DNA from: Octopus vulgaris
Taxonomy: Eukaryota
Length of the DNA stretch: 64,000 nucleotides
Direction of reading: 5' to 3'
NCBI GenBank assembly: GCA_951406725.2
Contig: OX597833.1
Location: 18,910,001-18,974,000, forward strand
Shown here: positions 13,557 to 27,328 of the stretch, piece by piece
Layout of the letters: every line of letters starts with the position of its first letter
How positions within the stretch are numbered: the stretch's first letter is position 1
Notes under the pieces: generated by a model
What the model was told of the DNA's origin: nothing
The model's input: the letters and a program-made list of their open reading frames with translations, nothing else
Database searches by the model: none
Program-made: the position numbers and the translations under genes

Positions 13557-13957
13557 GGAGTGGCTGTGTGGTAAGTGGTTTGCTTACCAACCACATGGTT
13601 TACGGATTCGATCCCACTGCGTGGCACCTTGGGCAAGTGTCTTCTACTATAGCCTCGGGCCGACCAAAGCCTTGTGAGTGGATTTGGTAGACGGAAACTG
13701 AAAGAAGCCCGTCGTATGTATATGTGTGTGTGTGTGTGTGTGCATGTGTGTGTGTCTGTGTTTGTCCACCCAACATCGCTTGACAACCGATGCTGGTGTG
13801 TTTACGCCCCTGTAACTTAGCAGTTCGGCAAAAGAGACCGATAGAATAAGTACTAGGCTTACAAAGAATAAGTCCTGGGGTTGATTTGCTCGACTAAAGC
13901 CAGTGCTCCAGCATGGCTGCAGTCAAATGACAGAAACAAGTAAAAGAGTAAAAGAGA
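13557..13957 (+). mobile_element. SINE 'family B' with internal (TA)/(TG) microsatellite, representative copy (others ~5938-6260, 12750-13162, 29280-29645, 35685-36058, 38790-39210, 42670-43020, 55413-56730, 58581-58945, 61000-61435, 62878-63295)
   Basis: tRNA-like head (tggctgtgtggtaag...ggttcagtccc), CORE-like accttgggcaagt, tail gactgaaacaagtaaaagag. Confidence 0.85.
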
Positions 13958-14017
13958 ATTATTCCTTTAATAGTTTCAGTAATTTGTCAGCATTCTGTAG
14001 CGACACACAGAAATATA

Positions 14018-14225
14018 CAGTGTGTCCGTAAAATCCTGTGTAGCAAGACCTGGAGTATTGATTTGATGTGTGTAGGGCAACAAAGAGAAGCCACATTGAA
14101 CTGGGCTAAACTCTACATAAACTTTATCAGGTGGTCACTTATTCAACATGTATATGAAATGTGTAGTGTTGCAAGTTACATCAACAGATAGTTTGAAACC
14201 CCACTATGACTTTACGGACACACTG
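14018..14225. mobile_element. Tc1/mariner-type MITE
   Basis: TIR CAGTGTGTCCGTAAA ... TTTACGGACACACTG, preceded by TA. Confidence 0.7.
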
Positions 14226-15117
14226 TGTGTGTGTGGGTGATGCAAAATATGAAAAATATAACTCAAAATATGAGTATATGTATATTTTCATTAATATTTA
14301 GCAGAAGTAGCAGAGTTACTCTGTTACTTCTGCAATATATATATATATATATATAATTTTAAAATAGGATAAAATCTTTAAAAGAATTTATTAAGTAGTT
14401 AGCATGAAAAACCTCATAAGAGAAAAAAAAATCTATCAATTTTTTTCACTTAAATATATTTATTTTTATTATACAGAGGGCATTATTACACATAAATGCC
14501 ACACGATAGGAGGGACTCTTAAAGTCAAAACTACTAAAATAAACATATTGTACAGAAAGCAAGTCTCAAAGCGAGTCATTTAAAAACAGAATTAGCGTGT
14601 GGCATTTATGTGTAATAATGCCCTCTATATAATATAATATATATATATACATACTTGAGTGAGTGGACAAACAAACAAAAGGGCACTTAACATGTTTATT
14701 GGGAGTTAGACGTATTATTCAAAACAATCTGATTCAAATTCCATGCTACTTTTGAAGTTTTCAAGGCCCTAAAAGAGCCTTTCCTGTCAGGCTGATGAGA
14801 ATCTGAATCATTTGGATTCTCACCAGCCTGAGGAGACAGGCTCTATTAGGGACTTCAAAACTTGAAGTAGTATGGAATCCAAATCAAACTGTTTTGAATA
14901 ATATATATATACATATATATACACACACACACATACACACAGGGTGACCCAAAAGTAGGTTTACAGTTATCAAGTGGGCACTCTAAATTTCTTTTAATTT
15001 CTATTTTACAATTAACTAAATTAGCATAGAACAATGGTTTCATTTTTTTTTATAATTAAGATCTAAACAGTTAATATATGAATGTGAAAGAGATAGCTGA
15101 ATAACCCTTTGTATGCA

Positions 15118-15185
<68 letters not shown>

Positions 15186-15188
15186 AAA

Positions 15189-15414
15189 AGGCAGAGAGCT
15201 GGCAGAAACGTTAGCACGCCGGGCGAAATGCGGAACCGTATTTCATCTGCCGTTACGTTCTGAGTTCAAATTCCGCCGAGGTCGACTTTGCCTTTCATCC
15301 TTTCGGGTCGATAAATTAAGTACCAGTTACGCACTGGGGTCGATATAATCGACTTGATCCGTTTGTCTGTCCTTGTTTGTCCCTTCTGTGTTTAGCCCCT
15401 TGTGGGTAGTAAAG

Positions 15415-15418
<4 letters not shown>
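15189..15418 (+). mobile_element. SINE 'family A', representative copy (others ~1090-1312, 6550-6900, 7626-8075, 9338-9550, 11140-11560, 31981-32200, 32797-33000, 36288-36495, 43255-43440, 48863-49090)
   Basis: Recurrent ~230-bp unit with a B-box-like gagttcaaatt and a conserved central gcctttcatcctttcggggtcgataaa..agtaccag block. Confidence 0.85.
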
Positions 15419-15461
<43 letters not shown>

Positions 15462-17668
15462 CACATACACACATATATAGATATGTATTAGCAAACCCCA
15501 CTGTAATTGCCAAATATCCCTGAAATCCCATATACTGTACTATTGCATATGCGAAAAGGCCAGGCGCCAATGAGGGACTCTCTACAGTAGTCAAATTCCT
15601 TCAAATGACACCCTTCCATCTTAGAAAAGGAAATGATAAGTACTGTGGTCATGGAATAATGTGATTAATGTGGCCAGAATACCTCTGATCATGTCTGGCA
15701 TATCAGAACTGACATGAGGTTAAACAACAGATAAAGATAAAGGACATATTACATACTCATTCATCTACATTACTTCATAAGGAGTAAAAGGCCAGTTTCC
15801 CTGGTTCCTCTGGCATATACAATCATCCCCTGGATGGGATGCCAGTCCATCACAGGATAACTCGTTTTTACCAGCTGTGTAATGTGAAATGAAGTGTTTT
15901 GCTCAAGAATACTACACATCGCCCAGTTCAGGAATTGGAACCACAATCTTATGACCACGAGTCCAATATCCTAAATACTAAGCCATGCACCTCCACACTA
16001 TTACATATTATAGACCTACATATTCCTAAAAAATTGGCAGGAAGCTGGTGGAATTGTTAGCATGCTGGACAAAATACTTGGTGGCATTTCTTCTAGCTCT
16101 AGCATTTCTAGTATCTGTAGGGTTAACACTTCAGATACCAACCCGCCTGAAGCCGCCCTTGGTCCTATGATACAAACTTCCCATTTTAAAGTAATCATCA
16201 TCATCATCGTTTAACATTCACTTTCCATGCTAGCATGGGTTGGACAATTTTGACTGAGGGCTGGCGAACCAGATGGCTGCACCAGGTTCCAATCTTGAAC
16301 TGGCAGAGTTTCTACAGCTGGATGCCCTTCCTAACGCCAAGAGTGTAGTGAGTGCTTTTTATGTGCCACTGGCACGAGGGCCAGTCGGGCGGTACTGGCA
16401 ATGACCTTGCTCGAATCTTTTTACACATGCCACCGGCACAAGTGCCAGTAAGGCGACGTTGAAAATTTCCATTCAAATTTCATGTTAATTTATTTTCCAA
16501 ATCCCAGCTGAATAATGTCAGAGTTATTTTAATAATTTTATTTTTGAAATTAATTGAAAAAAAAGATAGTGTGTTTCAACAGAAATATGGCAATGAAAGG
16601 GTTAATGCTCTTATTTCAAATCTTGTCAGGGTTTACTTTGCATTTCGTGGCCCTGTGCAAGGATGACATGCAAATTTACAAAGCATTCCATATCTTTTAT
16701 GAATATAGATGAGGAAAGCTGCATAAAGAAGTGGTGAGCTCTAATTATGGAAAGTACCTATGGAAGGGGTAGACTCGGGAAGACATAGGACGGATTGGTG
16801 AGAAAGGATATTCAGACACTGGGCCTTACTGAGGAACTGACAAGGGACCGAGAGATGTGGTGATTTGCTGTACTTGATAAGACAAGTCAAGTTAAGTAAA
16901 ATCCCTGTCCTCCTCAGTTCTTGCTGGTGCCAGTGCCACTTAAAAAGCACTAATGCTGGTGCTGTGTAGATGCATCCATGCCTGAGGCATGTTAAAAAGC
17001 ACCCAGCACACTCTGTTAAGTAGTTGTGCATTAGGAAGGGCATCCAGCCATATAAAACATGCCACAACAGGCTTTTGGAGTCTGCACAGCTCCCTGCTAG
17101 TGGTTGGCATTAGGAAGGGCATCCAGCCATAGAATACATGCCACAATAGGCTGTTGGAGTCTGCACAGCTCCCTGCTAGCCAGCTCTATGTCAAGTCGTC
17201 AAATACATGCCAGCATGGAAAGCAGATGATAAACGATGATGAGGTCAACAAAATACTGTAAGAGTCAAGTACTAGGGTCAATGTAACTGACTTATTTTCT
17301 TCCCTCAAATTTGCTGGCCATGAACCTTGCAATGCACCAGTGTCCCATTCAAGGGGAACATTATGATTTTGGTCAGTTATAGGCCATTGAAACTAAGTAA
17401 CCAGCCTTGTGAGTGCTAGGGGGTCAAGAAAAATAAAGCAAAAAAATACTCCTAGAAAGGTATGATGATCAAGGCTTGAATATCTTTGATCATGGGCTTG
17501 CTTAATCAGGGAGATGTCCAAGGGTTAAACAACAACAAAACCACCAACAACTTAATACAAAATTGCTGTACCACAAAAAAGGGGAAAAGAAAGAAACAAG
17601 TACTTAAAAAAAACAAAACAAACAAAAACAAAAACAAACAATAAATTAAAAAAGACTGATTTTCTCAC

Positions 17669-19186
17669 TTTGTCTACTTGTTTCAGAAGCTGTGCCATTA
17701 GTGGTTCCCCATGAAGTGCTAGGCTTGCTGGGTGAAGCGGCTGATTGATGAGAGGGGTGAGTGCTGGCATAGACTGGCTCATTTATCTTTGGGGGCAGTG
17801 GCCTGGAGGCAACGACCTCATTGGATTTAGGTAGGGGCTGAGTTGGAAGAGGGGCATGAGAAGTGATGTGTTTATTATTGACCATCTTCACCGAATGCTG
17901 CTGAGGTGATTGGGTTACCGTACTGTAGAGGGAGTTAGATGGGTTGTGGCTGCCGGCCACACCGATGGTAGACAAAGAACTTACGGGCTGGTGAGGAACC
18001 ACTGTGGGATGCTGGTTGTGTACTGGTAAACATCCTGTTCTGTGTAAGGGGCTGTGCTGCTGCTGCTGTTGCTGTTGGTGGTGGTGGGGGTGGTGGGGGT
18101 GTTGCTGTTGTTGGTGAGCTGCTACGAGGGCGCCTTGTATTGGGGCATGCTGCAGCATGGAATTGGGCATGGCGTGCTGCGGGGCGGGTGGCACGACAGC
18201 CTCGGGTATCGTATTCGGATTCTGAGACGGCGAAGGAGGTACCACGGCAGTGTGGAGCAGAGAAGTGGGCTGGTGCGCATTCGCGATGATGTTGCTGTGC
18301 ATCTGAGAATGCTGTTGCTGAGGATGCAGCACGGAGTTGAATGGCTGAACGGGGGGGTAATGGTGAGCAACAGGGGCCGCATGGGCCGCGCCGGTCATCT
18401 GCACAGACGGTAGTGGATGACTCGTCAAAACAGTGGGAGTCTGAAGAATTCCAGAATGTGGCTGTGACGGTGAAACTAGGGTTCCATGCATCGGAGCGTA
18501 CGATGGCTGGGGATGAGACGAGTGCATTACACTCTCATGTATCGGATGAGACGTATGCAATACACTGTCATGGAGAGGATGAGGGCTCTGGTGGATAGGC
18601 GACAACAGAACTCCAGGAAGAGAAGGGACATGAGACTGCGGAATATATTGTTGGGATGCCATAGGGTCGTGGTGTTGGTAGGAATTCTGTTGGGGAGTTA
18701 GGATGACAGTTCCATGTGGCTGGCCTGAATAGTGATGGTGAGGGGACAGGACTAAGTCATGGCCCTGAGGAAGCTGCTGGTAGGTAGGGAGCACAATGCC
18801 TTCTTGTGATTGAACCGGTGACGACTGTGACATAGTATGAGGCATTGGTTGCTGTTGCTGAATGTATGTGGGGTGTATGATGGCACTGTTGGGTTGCATC
18901 AGATGCTGGTTGGGAGGGATGAGGACAGTGTCAGGGTTTGGGATATGATGTGAGGGCAAACAGGCATTGGGGGTAACAGGCTGGGTGGAACTTTGTGAGA
19001 ACGGGTGTTGCATGAAACTTTCGTAGGGGACAACGGATATATCAACGGCACCAGGTTGTTGTGGTAAAGGGTGCACTTTAACCATGTTCGGTTCACTCAC
19101 AACAGAAGTTCCTTGAGGATGAGCAAGCATGTCTGCCCTGGTTTGCAGAGACTGAGTATTTACACTGGCCACTATCATTAATCTCT
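17669..19186 (-). CDS. Large Gln/His/Pro-rich coding exon of gene 1 (intrinsically disordered; transcription/RNA-regulator-like composition)
   Basis: 510-aa ORF with elevated GC. Acceptor ttttag at 19187 with ATG at 19178; donor CAA A|gtgaga at 17668; in-frame join to the 5782 exon across an 11.9-kb intron. No recognisable domain. Confidence 0.85.
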
Positions 19187-20019
19187 CTAAAAATCAGAAG
19201 AAAAAAAATACAAAAATCAATAAATAACTTTCAAAAATATAAAAAGAAACAAAAATGAATAATTTACATTTATATTCATTCAATTATAAATCAATTTCAA
19301 TTAAACATGCAAAATTAGTTTGAGATTTGGGAAACAATTATTATTAGAAAGTTAAACAAAAACAAGAAAAAAAAACGATTTCTTTCAGAAATCGAGGAAG
19401 CTATAGGCTAGTATGAACCCTGGACTCTGTAGTATTAACCCTTTCATTACCAACCTGGCTGAAACTAGTTCTGCTTCTGTAGTACAAAGATCTTGATTTT
19501 ATTAAGTTTTGAATAAAAATCTTCCACCAAACCTTAGTCACAATTTAGGTTCCTAACACTTGCTTAATAATAACTTGTCTCTCCTCATGCACCAACTCCA
19601 GCAGCCTACCTAACCATGTGTCACCTTTCCCTTTCATCACTCCCTTCATCCACCCTTCAAGCTCATCAGACTGGTGGTGCATAAGGACATTTGCTACTTT
19701 TCATACAAGATGAGGAAGGAAGAATTTCTATCCAAGGCAATGCAGGACAAACTACTCATCATCATCATCGTTTAACATCCGTTTTCCATGCTAGCATGAG
19801 TTGGACAGTTCAACTGGGGTCTGGGAAGCCAGAAGGCTGCGCCAAGCCCAGTCTGATCTGGCAGTGGTTCTACAGCTGGATGCCCTTCCTAACGCCAACC
19901 ACTCCGTGAGTGTAGTGGGTGCTTTTTATGTGCCACCTGCACAGGTGCCAGACGAGGCTGGCAAACGGCCACGATCGGATGGTGCTTTTTACATGCCACT
20001 GGCACGGGGGCCAGACGAG

Positions 20020-20650
20020 ACCAAAGAAGCTGATCAACACGTTGAAACACCCAATGGAGCTAGATATGCTGTGGTTCTTCTCTGACAAGAAGAATTTCTG
20101 CCAAGACAGGAAGATCAATTCCTAAAACAACAGGTGGCTCGCTGTCTCACTCGAGGACATGCCTAGAGTGATGCAGATGAAGTTTCAAGTGAAATGGTCT
20201 TCGGTGACATCAGCAGTAAAGGTGGTTTTATGTCACCCTACTTCTTCCTTGAGAGCCTCAGGCTGAACACTGATGGCTACATTCATGCTCTGAGTGAGGT
20301 GAAGCCCTGGATCAATTGAGTAGTTGCAGGGAGAACATACATGTGGGAGCAAGACTGTACAGCTTGCCAAATTAGTAGAAGACCCAGGCCTGGCTGTCAG
20401 TGAATTTCTTCAATTGCACATTTGACCTCCCAGCCTGCCTGACTGCAAGCCCCTTAACTTCTTTGTGTGGGGTACAGTGGATTGAGAGACCAACAAATCT
20501 AGCTGTAACATGAAGGATAAGCTGAGGGCCAAGATTACAAGGGCCTTCAAGGTTCTAACAGAGGAGATAGTGATGAAGGCCTAAGGCTGGTTCTGAGGTT
20601 GCCCAGAGGCTGTCATTGAAGCCAAACACAGCTTCACTGAGTGAGATTGA
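20020..20650 (+). mobile_element. Decayed Tc1/mariner-superfamily transposase (maT-like); related minus-strand remnant at ~30060-31100
   Basis: WFFSDKKNFCQD, W.QD.TAC and a degenerate WPP.SPD.NPL.FFVWG motif. Confidence 0.7.
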
Positions 20651-20836
20651 CAGAACATGTCACGAAGACAAACTGACACAAATTTGACGAATATAACTCC
20701 AAAAATAAAACAGTTTTATTTTTATCCTGAAACAGTCATCATGCAAACAAATACCATCCACACCCTGTATATGTATGTATATATACATGTACATAGATAC
20801 ATATATACATACATATATATATATATATATACATAC

Positions 20837-20877
<41 letters not shown>

Positions 20878-22366
20878 TATATACATACATATATATACAT
20901 ATATATATACATACATATATATATATACATATATATATATATAAATACATATATACATACATACATATATATATATATATACATACATATATACATACAT
21001 ACATATACATATATACATATACATACATATATACATACATACATATACATATATATATACATACATACATATACATATATATATACATACATATACATAT
21101 ATATATACATACACATATATATATACATACATACATATATATATATATACATATATATATACATACATACCTATATATATATACATACATACATATATAT
21201 ATACATATACATACATACATATATATATATACATATATATATACATACATACCTATATACATATATATATACATACATACCTATATACATATATATATAC
21301 ATACATACCTATATATATACATATATATACATACATACATATATATATATATACATATATAAACATACATACATATATATACATATATATATATACATAC
21401 ATATACTAGCATGGAAAACGGACGCTAAACGATGATGATGATGATGATGATATATATATACATATATATATACATACACATATATATATACATATATATA
21501 TATATACATACATATATACATACATACATATATACATATATATATACATACATACATATATATATACATATATATATATACATACATATATATATACATA
21601 TATACATACATACATATATATATACATATATACATACATACATATATATATACATATATACATACATACATATATATATACATACATACATATATATATA
21701 TACATACATATATATATACATATACATACATATATATATACATATATATATACATACATACATATATACATACATACATATATATATACATACATACATA
21801 TATACATACATATATATATACATATATATATATACATACACACATATATATATAGATACATACAGACATATATATATAGATACATACATACATATATATA
21901 TATACATACATATATATATATACATACATATATATATACATACATATATATATATACATACATATATATATACATACATATATATATACATACATACATA
22001 TATATATACATACATACATATATATATACATACATACATATATATACATATATATACATACATACATATATATATATATACATATATATACATACATACA
22101 TATATATATACATATATATACATACATACATATATATATACATATATATATACATACATACATATATATATATACATATATATATACATACATACATATA
22201 TATACATATATACATACATACATATATATATATATACATACATATATATATACATATATATATACATACATATATATATACACATATATATATACATACA
22301 TATATATATATATACATACATATATATATATACATACATAAAATATATATATATACATATATATAC

Positions 22367-22397
<31 letters not shown>

Positions 22398-22402
22398 CAT
22401 AC

Positions 22403-22433
<31 letters not shown>

Positions 22434-22480
22434 CATATATATACATACATACATATATATATATATATACATATATATAC

Positions 22481-22513
<33 letters not shown>

Positions 22514-22671
22514 CATACATACATACATATATATATATATATACATATATATACATACATACATATATACATATATATACATACATATACATACATACAT
22601 ATACATATATATACATACATACATATATATATATATACATACATATATATATATACATATGTATATATATA

Positions 22672-22705
<34 letters not shown>

Positions 22706-23387
22706 CATACATACATACATATGATTGATTCATTGATTGATTGATTGATTCTAGTTTCAGCTCACGAGCTGTGGCTATGCTGGGACACTGCCATTTGGTG
22801 TTGCTACACGGTTTTACTTCATGAATGCTTTTTAGCAACTGTCATTTGGTCCATGAGAGAGTTCGATGCAGCTGCCCTCATATATACATACATACACATA
22901 CATACAAATATATATATATACATACATACATATACATACATATATATATACATACATATATATATACATACATATACATACATATATACATACATATACA
23001 TACATATATATATACATACATATACATACATATATATATACAAACATATACATACATATATATATACATACATACATACATACATATATATATACATACA
23101 TACATACATATATATATATACATATATATACATATATATATACATACATATATATACATATATATATACATACATACATATATATACATATATATATACA
23201 TACATACATATACATACATATATATATATATACATACATACATATACATACATATATATACATACATACATACATATCTATACATATATATATACATACA
23301 TATATATATACATACATATATATACATATATATATACATACATATATATATACATACATATATATAAATACATATATATATACATAC

Positions 23388-23420
<33 letters not shown>

Positions 23421-23498
23421 CATACATATATATATATATATATACATACATATATATATATATATATACATACATATATATATATATATATACATACA

Positions 23499-23530
<32 letters not shown>

Positions 23531-23641
23531 CATACATACATATATATACATACATACATACATACATATACATACATACATACATACATACATATACATA
23601 CATACATACATATATATATATACATACATATATATATATAT

Positions 23642-23674
<33 letters not shown>

Positions 23675-23744
23675 CATACATATATATATATATACATACA
23701 TATATATATATATACATACATATATATATATATATATACATACA

Positions 23745-23782
<38 letters not shown>

Positions 23783-23787
23783 CATAC

Positions 23788-23818
<31 letters not shown>

Positions 23819-23860
23819 CATACATATATATATATATACATACATATATATATATATACA

Positions 23861-24856
23861 TCAAGCACAGCAACATAAAAATCTTTGCAGATGACTCCAA
23901 GCTACAGAAGGTCATAAATGAGGCGAGTGACCGGACATGCCTTCAGTCAGATCTACTGGCTGTTATCCAATGGGCAGAAAAAAACAATATGCTGCTGAAC
24001 GAGGATAAATTTGAGTTAATCCACTTTGGAAAAGAGGATGCCCTGAAACTCCCATACTCCCTTCTTTCAGGTGAAACTCTTGCGGCGTCCAACAACATCA
24101 GAGACTTGGGAGTAATTGTGGACAACAACATAAGCTGGGCCACTCATATAAACACCAAAGTTGACATGGCCCGCAGAATGTGTTCCTGGATTCTCAGAAC
24201 TTTCCAGTCGAGAGATATCCACACCATTATCCTTCTCTTCTCCACTTTTGCCCGACCCCACCTTGAATACTGTTGTCCACTGTGGTCTCCCCACACAATA
24301 CAAGGTATCATAAAAGTTGAAGCACCTCAAAGGGCAATCACAAAAAAGATAGATGGCATGACAGGCCTCGACTATTGGGGTTGGCTAGAAAAGCTAAAAC
24401 TCTATTCTCTCCAACGTCGTCGTGAGCGCTACATCATCTGCATGATGTGGAAAATATTCCATCAGCATTGCCCAAATGATGTTGGCATCACCTTTAAGGT
24501 ACATCCAAGGCTTGGGCCCCGTGCCATCCGCCCAAAACAAAAATCGCACTCTCATCTCATAACAACAATACGGCACAATTATTTCACCTCAATTGGCCCC
24601 GCTCTCTTTAACATTACACCAAAACACATTAAAACAGAAACTGACCCTATAGGGTTCAAGAAGTCTTTGGACAGATTCCTTCAAGAAATCCCGGATAAAC
24701 CCCCTACACCCGGATATGTCTCTGTAAACAATAACTCTCTACTTGAGTGGGCCATAGTGCCCAAATTCTGACTTGAAAGACTTCACCAGGTGGTGCTATT
24801 AAGTTAGACATGGCCTGGGCCAATAATGGCCGAAACCTATCAAAGTATCAAAGTAT
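23861..24856 (+). mobile_element. 5'-truncated CR1/Jockey-group LINE 3' end, relatively young, inserted in a TA/TACA array
   Basis: [43 protein letters not shown] motifs; stop at 24771; short UTR and AAAGTATC-type tail. Confidence 0.9.
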
Positions 24857-25068
24857 ACATACATATATATATATATATACACATATATATATATATACAC
24901 ATACATATATATATACACATACATATATACATACATATATATATATACATACATACATACATATATATACATACATACATATACATACATACATATATAT
25001 ACATACATACATATATATACATACATACATATATATATATATACATACATATATATATATATACATAC

Positions 25069-25125
<57 letters not shown>

Positions 25126-25170
25126 CATATATATACATATATATATACATATATATATATACATACATAC

Positions 25171-25317
<147 letters not shown>

Positions 25318-25318
25318 C

Positions 25319-25367
<49 letters not shown>

Positions 25368-25556
25368 CATATATATATATACATACATATATATATATAT
25401 ACATACATATATATATATACATATATAAATATATATATACATACACATATATATATATATATACATACATATATATATATATACATACATATATATATAC
25501 ATATATATATATATACATATACATATATATATATATATACATATACATATACATAC

Positions 25557-25606
<50 letters not shown>

Positions 25607-25703
25607 ATACATACATACATATATATATACATACATACATATATATATACATACATACATATATATATATATACATACATATATATATATATACACATAC
25701 ATA

Positions 25704-25741
<38 letters not shown>

Positions 25742-25904
25742 CATACATACATATATATATATATATACATACATATATATATATACATACATACATATAT
25801 ATATATATATACATACATATATATATATACATACATACATATATATATATATACATACATACATATATATATATATACATACATACATATATATATATAC
25901 ATAC

Positions 25905-26139
<235 letters not shown>

Positions 26140-26232
26140 TTCTCGAAACTTGTGTCGAGAATAAAGGAATTTTGTTAAATCGTCGTTCGACTCCATTCTT
26201 TCATTTATCTATAGTAAAAAATACATACATAT

Positions 26233-26289
<57 letters not shown>

Positions 26290-26369
26290 CATACATATAT
26301 CATCATCATCATCGTTTAACGATGATGATGATGATGATATATGTATGTATATATATATATATATATATG

Positions 26370-26437
<68 letters not shown>

Positions 26438-26503
26438 AATATATATATATATATGTATGTATATATATATATATATATACATATATATATACATACATAT
26501 ACA

Positions 26504-26535
<32 letters not shown>

Positions 26536-26650
26536 CATACATATAGACATACATATATACATACATATATACATACATACATATAGACATACATATATAC
26601 ATACAAACATACATACATACATATATATACATACACACATATATATATAT

Positions 26651-26844
26651 ACTGGAGTAAACACATAAATGTGAAACAAGGTGGAAAAAAGAGTACTCAA
26701 ATACCAGTGGTAGAGTAATATGCTTTATTTAAAGCAGCAGAAAATTCAACAAAACCTGTTACTGTGAGTTTCCTGTTGCCGTTCATGAACGGCAACGGGA
26801 AACTCACAGTAACAGGTTTTGTTGAATTTTCTGCTGCTTTAAAT
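26651..26844. mobile_element. TA-flanked element ending in a 118-bp loopless palindrome made from a hammerhead 3' half
   Basis: 26727-26785 pairs with 26786-26844 (1 mismatch); the arm reads AUGA-ACG(GCAA)CGG-GAAA-CUCACAG-UA-ACAG. Confidence 0.65.
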
Positions 26845-26948
<104 letters not shown>

Positions 26949-27328
26949 GTGGAGGCGCAATGGCCCAGTGGTTAGGGCAGCGGACTCGCGGTCGGAGGAT
27001 CGCGGTTTCGATTCCCAGACCGGGCATTGTGAGTGTTTATTGAGCGAAAACACCTAAAGCTCCACGAGGCTCCGGCAGGGGGGGGGTGAACCCTGCTGTA
27101 CTCTTTCACCACAACTTTCTCTCGCTCTTTCTTCCTGTTTCTCTTGTACCTGTATTTCAAACGGCCAGCCTTGTCACATTCTGTGTGTCACGCTGAATCT
27201 CCTCGAGAACTACGTTAAGGGTACACTTGTCTGTGGAGTGCTCAGCCACTTGCACGTTAATATCACGAGCAAGCTGTTCCGTTGATCATATCAGCTGGGA
27301 CCCTCATCATCGCAACCGACGGAGTGCT
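26949..27328 (+). mobile_element. tRNA-derived SINE ('family D' type head; related ~1350-1530, 15780-15995, 28111-28265, 49229-49550, 50554-50816)
   Basis: A box tggcccagtggttagg and B box ggtttcgattcc, followed by a non-tRNA body. Confidence 0.75.

Noticed and set aside
14792-14800. CTGATGAG as a hammerhead core
   Set aside because: No stem II followed by GAAA; it is part of a simple long hairpin.
18054-18701. Overlapping plus-strand ORFs
   Set aside because: Antisense shadows of the GC-rich Q/H/P exon.
26949-27025. tRNA gene (similar head at 50554-50630)
   Set aside because: The tRNA-like A/B boxes continue into a SINE body present in several copies, one with a TSD; no clean acceptor stem or terminator.
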